Made by a program: the position numbers and the translations under genes | DNA from: an uncultured Methanosarcinales archaeon | GTDB lineage: Archaea; Nanobdellota; Nanobdellia; Woesearchaeales; DSVV01 | DNA length: 64,000 bases | Assembly: GCA_964385055.1 (NCBI GenBank) | Contig: CAYLMH010000001.1 | Coordinates: forward strand, 30,111 to 94,110 | Reading direction: 5' to 3' | The notes under the pieces: generated by a model | What the model was told of the DNA's origin: nothing | The model's database searches: none | The model's input: the letters and a program-made list of their open reading frames with translations, nothing else | Part shown: positions 47,889 through 57,278 of the stretch, piece by piece | Position numbering within the stretch: position 1 is the first letter of the stretch | How the letters are laid out: every line of letters starts with the position of its first letter

Positions 47889-49889
47889 TTACCAATCAAA
47901 AACGATCCAGTCTCGAGAGACGACAATGAATAAGAATAAGAAGACAAACAAGCAAAAATAAATGGATTGTATCTGAATAGGAACATCATAAAGGAGAGTT
48001 GTTGCAGAAGAATGACATTCTTCATTAAATTCTGGAGGATTGCTGGCCATAACAGAAGCGATTATTCCACCAACAACTTTTGAACGATGACATAAACGCT
48101 GAAAGTGCTCTTGATAGTAATCTACAACCGAAGAAGGAAACGAACAATTTGTTTTTTCGATATAAACATAAACAAAATGCTGATGTCCTTCTTTGTATTG
48201 CCCAGTAATAAAAGGAACAAAAACCTGGCAGGTATCTTGATATAATAGAGCATCATAAGGAAATATATATAATGGAAGAAATTCATCCTGCGGTCGCAAA
48301 ATAATTGCAGAGTAATTGTTGTTTGAGATGGTAGTATTAAGGAAAGAATTAAGTGTTTCAAAACGTATATATTTTATTGGGGGTTCCAATGTTTCTACAA
48401 GACCTAATTGAACAAGGTATGGAGCATACAACTCTAAATCTAAAGCGCTAAGCTCAGAGTATGTAAATGAATTAACATCAATAAAGTCTGTTTTATTAAG
48501 ATAGGAAAAGGGATTTTCTTGAAACATTGCTATATAATCTGACCCTGTAATTATTGGCTTTTCAACATTGAGTTGGAATAAGGGGAAAGAGATTTCCATT
48601 CTGACTTTATCTAAGAATTTCTGACCATTGAAAATACTTCCATCAGAAACATCTTCTAAAGTAAATCCTGAAAAGAATAAATAAAGAGGAATAAAAAGCA
48701 GAAATAAGCAAAAGAGAACAAGAATTTTTTCAATGATTGAAAAAGATAGGAATTCCTTCTTGAATTTGTAGAGAGAGATAAGAAAAAAAGGAATAACTGG
48801 CTGAAAATATCTTGTAATGCCAATAATCTCTTCATTACCAAATGTTTGAAAAGTTTTCAAGAATAAAAGGACAAAGCCAACACCAAGGAGACCAGAAAAA
48901 ACATCAAATTGTTTGCCCAATAATCGCGCAAACACAATAAATAGACAAAAATACAGAAAGAGAATGGAAGAATTGTGTATATAATTAACATTTGTAATTA
49001 TCTTGATAGTTTGTTCAAAAGTGTATGCTGTTGGATATATTTGTGTCCAAGAAAAATAAAAATTAATAAAATGAGGATAGAGAAAAACAAAAAAGACACA
49101 GACTAATAATGAGCATCCTAAGGGAATTGCTGTTTTGTTAATGGTTTGCATGAAAGTACTTATTTTTGACACCTTTACTTCCAAATAACCTTTTTTGTAG
49201 AAATAAAAACAAAAGATTACTCCCACGAAGAAAATAGAGTTTACTTTTGATAACAATGCAAATCCTAACAATATCCCCGCAATTTTTTTATGAGGAGTAT
49301 ATTCTAAGAAGTAGAAACCAAGCAGAAGGAAAAAAAGAAGAGAGATTGTTGCAAAGTCAAAATCTTTAATAAATAAAAAAAGGACAGAGAATGCAATAAA
49401 AAAGAAAGAATGATCTCCTGTTTCCAGTACTTTTATTTTATAAGTAAGATAAATAATGAGAAAAACAGTAAGTAATGAAAAAAGAGTTATGCTAAGATCC
49501 AGATCTACGGGGATGAGAGATAAGAAATAGCCAAGGATATACACTGTTGGTCCCTGAACACAATAAGGACTATCTGAATACAAAGTCCCTTGTCCAACAT
49601 AAGTCAGACAAAATTCTCGTGCAAAAATTCGTGGAACTGAGATCAAGTCAATATTATTTATCAATATAAGCCCTACAAAAATCCCTAAACACAATAATAT
49701 TTTCGAATAATCTGGTTGAATGTTTTTCAAAGCACAAAATAAGTAGATGAAGGAAAGGGAAAATAATAATAACAAGAGTGATCCAAAAAGAGAAAGATGA
49801 AGAAGCTGAAGCAATGGAATAGCAAGCAAACAAAAAAAGAGAGGGAATATAATCTCTTTCTTCTCTTCAAAGTAATTTTGTAAAGACAT
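47889..49889 (-). CDS. Polytopic membrane protein, GT-C-like, Cys-motif paralog family member 4 (closest to 4914..6902)
   Basis: PRIFAREFCLTYVGQGTLYSDSPYCVQGP, KDFDFAT, LLSK, FFSGFTLEDVSDGSIFNGQKFLDKVRMEISFP, LCHRS. Confidence 0.65.
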   Translation of the reverse strand: MSLQNYFEEKKEIIFPLFFCLLAIPLLQLLHLSLFGSLLLLLFSLSFIYLFCALKNIQPDYSKILLCLGIFVGLILINNIDLISVPRIFAREFCLTYVGQGTLYSDSPYCVQGPTVYILGYFLSLIPVDLDLSITLFSLLTVFLIIYLTYKIKVLETGDHSFFFIAFSVLFLFIKDFDFATISLLFFLLLGFYFLEYTPHKKIAGILLGFALLSKVNSIFFVGVIFCFYFYKKGYLEVKVSKISTFMQTINKTAIPLGCSLLVCVFFVFLYPHFINFYFSWTQIYPTAYTFEQTIKIITNVNYIHNSSILFLYFCLFIVFARLLGKQFDVFSGLLGVGFVLLFLKTFQTFGNEEIIGITRYFQPVIPFFLISLYKFKKEFLSFSIIEKILVLFCLFLLFIPLYLFFSGFTLEDVSDGSIFNGQKFLDKVRMEISFPLFQLNVEKPIITGSDYIAMFQENPFSYLNKTDFIDVNSFTYSELSALDLELYAPYLVQLGLVETLEPPIKYIRFETLNSFLNTTISNNNYSAIILRPQDEFLPLYIFPYDALLYQDTCQVFVPFITGQYKEGHQHFVYVYIEKTNCSFPSSVVDYYQEHFQRLCHRSKVVGGIIASVMASNPPEFNEECHSSATTLLYDVPIQIQSIYFCLFVFLFLFIVVSRDWIVFDW

Positions 49890-50019
49890 GAAAAAGAGAG
49901 AAAAGGAGCAGATTAATAAAATGATTGTCCATAGAATGGTATTGAAAATAGTTGCTTTTTCTTGTTTTCAAGTTCAGAAGGATAATTCATATATATGAAA
50001 AAAGCAAACAACAAAACAA

Positions 50020-50592
50020 ATGAAACAAACCAACGAACACCAATCAATCACCACCTTCCATTGCAACGACTTTCGAAAGTGGTTAGAAAAAAACCATACA
50101 AAAGAAAAAAAAGTAGCGACTATTCTTCATAAAAGACATACAGGAAAGCCTGCGCCAACACATCGAGAGTTAATGGAAGAAGCGATTTGTTTTGGCTGGA
50201 TTGACACCACAATAAAACGACTGGATGAAAACACCTATCTGAGATATTTCGCAAGACGAAATGAAAAGAGCAAATGGAGCGACAATACATTAAGCTACGC
50301 GAAAGACCTCATCAAGCGAGGAAAAATGGCAGAAGAAGGCTTGAAATTCTACAAACTTGGTTTGCAGCGACCAACGCATGATCATGGCATTCCAAAAAAT
50401 CCAGACATGCCACAAGAATTAAAGAAAGCGTTAAACAAAAACAAAATCGCGAAAAAGAATTTTGACGCGTTTCCTCCATCTGCCAAAAAGATGACGTACA
50501 GATGGATTTTGCATGCAAAATTACCTGAAACGAGAATGAAGAGAGTAAATATAACAGTGAAGAATGCAGAAATGAAGAAGAAGGTTATGTGA
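50020..50592 (+). CDS. YdeI/OmpD-associated family protein
   Basis: FRKWLEKNH, EEAICFGWID, R..KSKWS..., GKMAEEG, MPQEL..AL, F..FPPS.K...WI..AK.PETR..R. Confidence 0.85.
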   Translation: MKQTNEHQSITTFHCNDFRKWLEKNHTKEKKVATILHKRHTGKPAPTHRELMEEAICFGWIDTTIKRLDENTYLRYFARRNEKSKWSDNTLSYAKDLIKRGKMAEEGLKFYKLGLQRPTHDHGIPKNPDMPQELKKALNKNKIAKKNFDAFPPSAKKMTYRWILHAKLPETRMKRVNITVKNAEMKKKVM

Positions 50593-50613
50593 GGTAAGAA
50601 GAAATTTTTAATT

Positions 50614-51324
50614 CTATGGAGAAATAGTATAAACATCACTAGCATCTTCCAAAGGAATACCTTCTTCAAATTGTATCGAATTTATTATGTCATAAAAAGG
50701 TCCATCATCATCTTGATAACCAGTCTGGCTTATATGAAAATCAAAGCAATAACCATCATAATATCGATAATGATTAAATTGTTTGATTTTGCCTTTTAAG
50801 GAAGGAAAGTTAATATCAGCTACCCATGTCAATATAAAGTTATTTTCTTGTTCAACATCAGATACTATAAAGTCAGTGCCCATAGTAGATAGTATAAGTT
50901 CAGATTTATCTCGAGACTCTTGAATAGTTGGAAGGTAATAACGCAAGCAAGAAGCTGAATCATCTACTCCTTCGACCTTCTCTGCAAAAATACTAATGGT
51001 CATGTTAGAAGCACTTTTTTGTATAAGAAATCGAGAAGAGAAATCTGTGTATGGGCCATCTAAACCTGATTCATAAGAAAAGCCTGACAAATCAATAAGA
51101 GTAACCCAGTCTTCACCTTGGATGTATAACGTAGATTTATCAATATCCCCAGCTTCAATTTTTGTTTCTTCTATTTGAGCAATAATCTCTAAAGAGTCAT
51201 TTTGAATTTCAAGAGATTCATTTTCAGTTTCATTAGTAAGCTGTAATGAAGAATCCTCTGAAGAGAATGTGCAACTACTTAGAAATAAGATGGTGATGAG
51301 AAAAATGAAAAGAGGCAACTTCAT
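50614..51324 (-). CDS. Secreted or lipoprotein-like acidic hypothetical protein
   Basis: MK + hydrophobic stretch + LSSC lipobox-like motif; acidic body. Confidence 0.6.
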   Translation of the reverse strand: MKLPLFIFLITILFLSSCTFSSEDSSLQLTNETENESLEIQNDSLEIIAQIEETKIEAGDIDKSTLYIQGEDWVTLIDLSGFSYESGLDGPYTDFSSRFLIQKSASNMTISIFAEKVEGVDDSASCLRYYLPTIQESRDKSELILSTMGTDFIVSDVEQENNFILTWVADINFPSLKGKIKQFNHYRYYDGYCFDFHISQTGYQDDDGPFYDIINSIQFEEGIPLEDASDVYTISP

Positions 51325-51409
51325 TTTAAGAAGAATATGTTTAAGATTTAAATATCCTCCTAAAAAACCCCATAAAACTATATAAAACCCACATCCATTC
51401 TCAACAACA

Positions 51410-52495
51410 ATGAATCCCGCCTACAAAAAGCTCATGGAGAAGCAGCAGTACCTCTTTGTTGGAGAACATTCTGCAGTCAAAATCTGCGGCTGGACAAAGA
51501 AAGCATTGCAAGATGAAGGCATGTGCTACAAAGGAGTCTTTTATGGCATCAACAGCCACCGCTGCATCCAGATGTCTCCTGCGATTAACTTCTGTGATAT
51601 GGATTGCGTCTACTGCTGGAGAGATCGAAACAATTCCAGCTTCGGCAAAATAGACAAGCCAAAAGACGTTATGGAAGCAGCAATCAGAGCGCAACGAAAA
51701 CTCCTCACAGGTTTCAAAGGCAACCCAAAAACAAATCAACAACGCATGACAGAGTCAAAAGAACCAATGCACGTCGCGATTTCATTAAACGGCGAAGCAA
51801 CATATTATCCACATCTCTCCGAGCTCATCCGCGACATCAAGAGAAGAGGATGGAGCAGTTATTTAGTAACAAACGGTATGTTGCCGCAAGTCCTCGAAAA
51901 TCTAGAACTTCCCACACAGCTCTACATCTCTTTAGACGCAGCAAATGAAGAATTGCAAACAAAAATCACACGATCCATGCATAAAGACAGCTGGCAGAGA
52001 TTAATGAAAAGTCTGGACATCATGCGAAACCTGAAAGGAAAAAATCGAACAACACTAAGACTCACTGTGGTCAAAGGACTCAACGATATTGAACCAGAAA
52101 AATACGCAGAACTGTTCATGCGAGCAAATCCTGATTTTATTGAAGTGAAAGCATACATGTTTGTCGGCGCGAGTAGAGAACGATTGGAAATGCAAAACAT
52201 GCCGTACCATGAAGAAGTCAAGGCATTTGCAGAAAAGATCGCGCAGCATTGTCCATACAAAATCAGCGCAGAACAAGAAGCGTCAAGAGTAGTCTTGATG
52301 ACAAAAGAAGATTCAGCTCCTAGATTTATTGATTTTGAAAAACTCAAGCAGGAATATATTGCACAGTTTGCGAAAGAAGCAGAAATACCCGCAAATCCAG
52401 AGTTAGATAAGTTAGTCACAGAATATAGTGAGCAAGAAGAAGTTTCTCAAGAAGAAAAGTTTATTCCAATTAGTGCAATCAAAGTGAATACGTAA
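51410..52495 (+). CDS. taw1: 4-demethylwyosine synthase Taw1/TYW1 (radical SAM)
   Basis: HSAVKICGWTK, CYKGVFYGINSHRCIQMSP, CDMDCVYCWR, HVAISLNGE, PTQLYISLDA, FIEVKAYMFVGASR. Confidence 0.95.
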   Translation: MNPAYKKLMEKQQYLFVGEHSAVKICGWTKKALQDEGMCYKGVFYGINSHRCIQMSPAINFCDMDCVYCWRDRNNSSFGKIDKPKDVMEAAIRAQRKLLTGFKGNPKTNQQRMTESKEPMHVAISLNGEATYYPHLSELIRDIKRRGWSSYLVTNGMLPQVLENLELPTQLYISLDAANEELQTKITRSMHKDSWQRLMKSLDIMRNLKGKNRTTLRLTVVKGLNDIEPEKYAELFMRANPDFIEVKAYMFVGASRERLEMQNMPYHEEVKAFAEKIAQHCPYKISAEQEASRVVLMTKEDSAPRFIDFEKLKQEYIAQFAKEAEIPANPELDKLVTEYSEQEEVSQEEKFIPISAIKVNT

Positions 52496-53128
52496 CTACA
52501 TTTCAAGCAAAACACCAAACGGTCCTGGATTTATCAAAGTCGTATTCTTAATATGTTCAACAGCGCCAGCAGATTCATGAATGTGGCCAGAAAACACATA
52601 ATCAATTTTGTGTTTCAAATAAAAGTCACGAAAACTTTTATTGCCGCAATGTTGGTCACCAATCGCGTCAACTTTCGAACCATAGGGTGGTCCATGTAAT
52701 AACAAGATGGTCTTCGGATCTTTCTTTCCTTCCTTCAGAATAATGTCCTTATATTTTTTCAGACCCTGCAAAAAGCGCGGAGCGTAAATATTCTCAAAAT
52801 CTTTGTCACGTAAAGAAAATCCATCTCCCCCATACCCCATAAAAATCAAGTGCCCCACGCGCAATACTTTTTTGTGAACAAAAAGAACGTTTTTTAACTT
52901 CAATTTCTGACAATCTGCAGTAACCTCAGCAGAAGATTCATGATTGCCATGAATCACGAGACAAAGTGTTCCAAGATCATCAAGTTTTTTCAATATTTTC
53001 TGTTGCCGTTGTCCAAAAATAGTAAAATCGCCTAAACAAACAAGCAAGCCCGCGGACTTTGCTTTAGTTTCTATCTTCTTGAATGCGGTGTCACTGCCAT
53101 GAAGATCAGCGAAAATAAGGACTTTCAT
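52496..53128 (-). CDS. Calcineurin-like metallophosphoesterase
   Basis: ADLHG, GDF, HGNHE, HGPP, GHIHE, NPG motifs; ATG 53128. Confidence 0.9.
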   Translation of the reverse strand: MKVLIFADLHGSDTAFKKIETKAKSAGLLVCLGDFTIFGQRQQKILKKLDDLGTLCLVIHGNHESSAEVTADCQKLKLKNVLFVHKKVLRVGHLIFMGYGGDGFSLRDKDFENIYAPRFLQGLKKYKDIILKEGKKDPKTILLLHGPPYGSKVDAIGDQHCGNKSFRDFYLKHKIDYVFSGHIHESAGAVEHIKNTTLINPGPFGVLLEM

Positions 53129-53292
53129 GAAACAAAAACAGCAGAACTGGTTTATATAACCTGTGAAGAAAAAAGAGCCACATCCTGACATATTTAAGAG
53201 AACAACGCAATAAAAACAGAAAAAATGCCATAAGGTTTTTAAACGAAAAAACGCTTCTTTAAGAGAATATTATATAAAATTTAAGGTACAAA

Positions 53293-54636
53293 ATGGTTGC
53301 AAACACAGTTGATGATTTACTCGCTGGCCCAACAGAAATAAGTTGGATGCTGTTCGGAGATATTGTAAGGCCAATAATAACAGAATATCTAAGAACAGGA
53401 CGAGTAGTGTCAATAGATGATGTGTTTAAGAGAAAAGAAGAAGGGTCAAGAAGAAGCAGTACAGAAGCGAATGCTGCAAGACAGGAAGTAGAAGAAGGAA
53501 TTCTAAGAAGAGCAAACGCATGGATTGAAGAAGGACTTGAAGATTTGTATGCAACACAAGCATTTTTCGATAGAGAAATGAGAAAAGCAGAGGAACCAAA
53601 ACCAACAGACACGCACATGTTTACCACATATGGTGCATTTCATGAAGGGTTTACAACACATGCGCGAAAATTTGTCAGAGCAAGCAGTCTTCCCACAGGG
53701 ACAGTAGAGACATTAACAAGAATTATTGATTTTCAGCCAAAAGCAACAGGAATAACATTAGACAGATCAGTTTATTTAGGAATGAGGCATGGGACACACA
53801 AAATCAGCGATATGCCTTCGTATCCAATTATTTTTCAAGTAAGTAGAATAAAAGACCCTGGACGGATGGGAAGAAAATTCGCACGATATATTTGTGAAGG
53901 AATACAAGAATGGAGAATTATCCAAGCATGTCTCGATGGGTATGAAAATAGAGAGGAAAGAGACAGGAAAATTGCTGAAGGGTTAGGAGAGCTCCAAAGA
54001 GGAACAAGGGAGGAAAGAAAAGCAGCAGAGAAAATTGTTGAAAATTTTGGAGCAATGCATGCACACGGATTACGAACACCATTTGCAGAACAAGAAGGAC
54101 TTCATATAAAACGAGAAGGAGTTGATCCTCTTGAATATGTTCTCATGCGCTGCCGAGTAAGTGATGTCCTTGGAGTCATGGATGTCGTAAGAACAGAGAG
54201 TGAAGTGAGAGAGCTTATCGAACGCACAAAGAATGGAAAGTTTTATGGTGAGGGTAACTATAAAGCACTCTTCGGAAAGCGATTGCGAAAAGAAGGAAAA
54301 ACATGGGGTTATGAGAATGATTACATTGTTGATGATCAAGGAAGAAGAATTTTTACGTACATTGTACCAGGAAGACCATTAAGAAGAAATAACATCCGAA
54401 TTGATTTTGGTGTTGAGGCATTAAAAAACTATGCTGACGATGCAGTTGGTGGAGAGAGAAGTCATATGCTCCACGAAGCACGGCAAGAAGCAAGAGTAAG
54501 AGAATGGCGTAGGGACGTACAAAAATTATATTATGCGTTATGTAATGCAATAAATAACCCTTTAGAAAGACTTGATGTCAAACAATATGAAGTGTATAAA
54601 GGATTTCCTTTTGGGACAGAAGCACAAGGAAAATAA
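53293..54636 (+). CDS. Hypothetical protein, degenerate RelA/SpoT-like nucleotidyltransferase
   Basis: Ordered remnants SRIKDPGRMGRK, SDVLGV..VV, NDYI and AVGGERSH; canonical GYxSxH and ExQ not evident. Confidence 0.45.
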   Translation: MVANTVDDLLAGPTEISWMLFGDIVRPIITEYLRTGRVVSIDDVFKRKEEGSRRSSTEANAARQEVEEGILRRANAWIEEGLEDLYATQAFFDREMRKAEEPKPTDTHMFTTYGAFHEGFTTHARKFVRASSLPTGTVETLTRIIDFQPKATGITLDRSVYLGMRHGTHKISDMPSYPIIFQVSRIKDPGRMGRKFARYICEGIQEWRIIQACLDGYENREERDRKIAEGLGELQRGTREERKAAEKIVENFGAMHAHGLRTPFAEQEGLHIKREGVDPLEYVLMRCRVSDVLGVMDVVRTESEVRELIERTKNGKFYGEGNYKALFGKRLRKEGKTWGYENDYIVDDQGRRIFTYIVPGRPLRRNNIRIDFGVEALKNYADDAVGGERSHMLHEARQEARVREWRRDVQKLYYALCNAINNPLERLDVKQYEVYKGFPFGTEAQGK

Positions 54637-54644
54637 GAACTACA

Positions 54645-54851
54645 ATGACCCTCACCCTCGCAACACAATACGAATTTAGGGGAACATACGCGCTCAAAGT
54701 AGATCCAAGAGGAAGAGAAATAGTTCTTTTAGGCATGCAAGATATGCTTGTTCTTATAACACCTGCGCAACGAGAAGCACTACAGAAAAAAGAGCTTATG
54801 TTTTCTCCAGAAGGAGAACTGATCCATCTCGTGAGAACTCAGCACCCATAA
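54645..54851 (+). CDS. Small hypothetical protein
   Basis: 68-aa ORF starting 8 nt after the upstream stop, with coding-like composition; overlaps the convergent gene end by 13 nt. Confidence 0.5.
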   Translation: MTLTLATQYEFRGTYALKVDPRGREIVLLGMQDMLVLITPAQREALQKKELMFSPEGELIHLVRTQHP

Positions 54852-56044
54852 TAATCCATCAAAACAATCTTATCCAAATCTTCTAAATTTTCCACAAGAT
54901 AAAATCGTCCATTCCCCAGCGCGACAAGTTTCTCTGCAAACTGTTTTCCTGCTGCATCAAGCTGAATCCCAATAAGCGAAACAGTAACACCACCAGCGAC
55001 AGCCTTCTCAACAGCGTCAAAGGTCGCCTGCATCGGATCAGAGCCAACAGTGGGCACAGCGTCAGTCAAAAGAAGCAAATGCTTTGTTCCATTATGAGGA
55101 GGAAATAATGTCAAAGAATGCATGATGCATCCTGCAAGATCTGTTTCCTTGGAAGGCATGATTTTAATCATTTCCTTAAGCAACAAGCCAAAATCAGAAC
55201 ACGGCGCAATAGACGCCTGAATATTCTGTCCAAAAACAATTAAGCCAACATCGTCTTTTTCCTGTAATGCTTTGAACGCAAGCGCGACACCAGCTTTTTT
55301 GCAGGTAGCGATTTTTGCTCCTTTCATGCTGCCAGAAGAATCAAGCCCATAAATCAAAGAAATTTTTCCTTTTTCTTGGCGAGTAAACATTTTCAAATCT
55401 TCCATGGAAAGCGTTGCGTGTTTGCGACGAATCGCCGTTTTAATAGTCCTGCGAAGCGCAATATCTTTATAGCGATCACCTTTGTGAAAATCACGAACAT
55501 CAAGTGGTGCGCCATAATGCGCTTGTTTCTCAAGGGGTTTCTCTCCCAATAATCCATACGCTTCCAAACGATCAATCTCTTCAACATACAACTGGAGCGC
55601 GGCAAGTTCAATCCCTTTCTCAGTAAACATTCCTTTTTTATCCACAAAATCTTGTTCTTGCATTTCTTCAAATTGTTCTTGAATATTTTGTTTCATCTGT
55701 CGTTGGAATTCTGGAATGCGAACATTTTGCTCCATATATTTCTCATCATACCCAGTCATCTGGCGAATGAGTTTTTCCCCATAAATTTGTTTTGCAGTTT
55801 TGTAATTCTTAACAAGTTTTTCAAACATGAGATCTGGTGTAAAAGAAAAAAGCGATTGATTCATAGAATCCTTAATTATTTTTGCTTTGTCAATAATAGA
55901 TTGGTCATTTTCCATGACAGAATGCATGAGTTTATCTTCAACGTTTTGAAACGCAAGTTTACCACCAAGCTCTTCTGCTTCATCAAAATCTTTAACAGTG
56001 TTTTTTTCTTGTTTTCTGTCAGGGAGAATCATTCTTTTCTTCAT
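54839..56044 (-). CDS. VWA-domain protein (ChlD/CobT C-terminal-like)
   Basis: IALRRTIKTAIRR, MIDAS LDSSGSM, ETDLA, LLTDA. Confidence 0.85.
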   Translation of the reverse strand: MKKRMILPDRKQEKNTVKDFDEAEELGGKLAFQNVEDKLMHSVMENDQSIIDKAKIIKDSMNQSLFSFTPDLMFEKLVKNYKTAKQIYGEKLIRQMTGYDEKYMEQNVRIPEFQRQMKQNIQEQFEEMQEQDFVDKKGMFTEKGIELAALQLYVEEIDRLEAYGLLGEKPLEKQAHYGAPLDVRDFHKGDRYKDIALRRTIKTAIRRKHATLSMEDLKMFTRQEKGKISLIYGLDSSGSMKGAKIATCKKAGVALAFKALQEKDDVGLIVFGQNIQASIAPCSDFGLLLKEMIKIMPSKETDLAGCIMHSLTLFPPHNGTKHLLLLTDAVPTVGSDPMQATFDAVEKAVAGGVTVSLIGIQLDAAGKQFAEKLVALGNGRFYLVENLEDLDKIVLMDYYGC

Positions 56045-57077
56045 CAAAAGAACGCTGCTCTAATGCTTGTTTTCCCAAACCATGATCAGTAAATTCTTCT
56101 AATTCCTTTTCAAGAAAAGTCTCAGTTGTCTGGAGATAACGAATGCTTGGTTTTAATTTAATCCTGTGGCTCAGAACAGAAGGAATGACACTTTTCACAT
56201 CATCAAAAGAAACCTCCTGCCGATGATGCAAAAGAGCAGTGCTTTGTGCGCGTTCATAAATACCAATCGTCGCGCGAACGCTCGGCACTTTTTCGAGATT
56301 TTTATTGTCACGAAGCTCACGAACAAAAAGCACAAGATAGTTGAGAAGTGGCGTCGGAAATGTGACGATCATTTTGTGCGCTTTTTCAAGAACAATCTGC
56401 TCTTCTAAGACAGTGGTTTCAGGGTATGTCATGGTAAGCATATCCATACGATCAAGCAAGACATCACTGAGTCGTTCTGTGTTGGTATCCTGTGGGTTCA
56501 TTGTTGCGATGAAAATAAATTGCGCAGGAAAATCAATATCATACGTCCCAATAGTGACGATGCGTTCCTGAAGCACTTGCAATAACGCGTTCTGTAATTT
56601 CTCAGGACAACGATTAAGCTCATCAAAGAATAAAACACCGTTATTTGCTTTGAAAATTTTGCCTGGCGTAAATGCCTGCAAACTCATGGGTCCAAATTCC
56701 AATGCTTTGAGAGGATCAATATCGCCGAAAAGATCTTCAACAGTAAGATCTGGGCTTCCTTGAATACGAATAAAGCGTTCGCTTCCTTTAACGATTTTTG
56801 TCTTTACTTTTTTGCCTTCCTGACATGCAGGACAGAGCGGCTGTTTAGGAAGACAATGATACAAGCAATCGTTCACTTCAAGATCAGGCAGAACATCCGC
56901 AACATTCTTCGCGAGCGTGGTTTTTCCAATGCCTGGTGGTCCAAGTATGACAATGTTTCTGCCCATAAGAAGCGCAGATTTCAGTTCTTCTTTGACATGC
57001 TGCTGCCCAAGGATAGCGGGAAAGAGCTCTTTTTCAGTGAGAAAGACTTTTTGAAGTGTGGATAACGTCATGAGCAT
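56019..57077 (-). CDS. AAA+ ATPase (ChlI/MoxR-like)
   Basis: FPAILGQ, GPPGIGKT, PGKIFKANNGVLFFDELNR, ATMNP, LLDR, SHRI. Confidence 0.9.
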   Translation of the reverse strand: MLMTLSTLQKVFLTEKELFPAILGQQHVKEELKSALLMGRNIVILGPPGIGKTTLAKNVADVLPDLEVNDCLYHCLPKQPLCPACQEGKKVKTKIVKGSERFIRIQGSPDLTVEDLFGDIDPLKALEFGPMSLQAFTPGKIFKANNGVLFFDELNRCPEKLQNALLQVLQERIVTIGTYDIDFPAQFIFIATMNPQDTNTERLSDVLLDRMDMLTMTYPETTVLEEQIVLEKAHKMIVTFPTPLLNYLVLFVRELRDNKNLEKVPSVRATIGIYERAQSTALLHHRQEVSFDDVKSVIPSVLSHRIKLKPSIRYLQTTETFLEKELEEFTDHGLGKQALEQRSFDEEKNDSP

Positions 57078-57278
57078 GAGAAAATGCAGCAGTGATATAT
57101 AAGAGTTTTGTGAGAGAGAAAGTGAAAAAAGCACAAATGGGGGAACTATGACTTTTTTGTCCTAAAATACGCATAAAATTTAAATGAAACTACTGCTTTA
57201 TAGGAGTAAATAAGAGAATATTGTCATAGAAAGAAGGATATCATATAGAAAGATATATAAAAAACAAACGTGAGAAAA

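Noticed and set aside
47533..47961. ORFs 47533..47961, 47611..47799 and 47679..47873 over the structured region
   Set aside because: No recognisable motifs, two of the three overlap flanking genes, and base-pairing patterns explain the region better.
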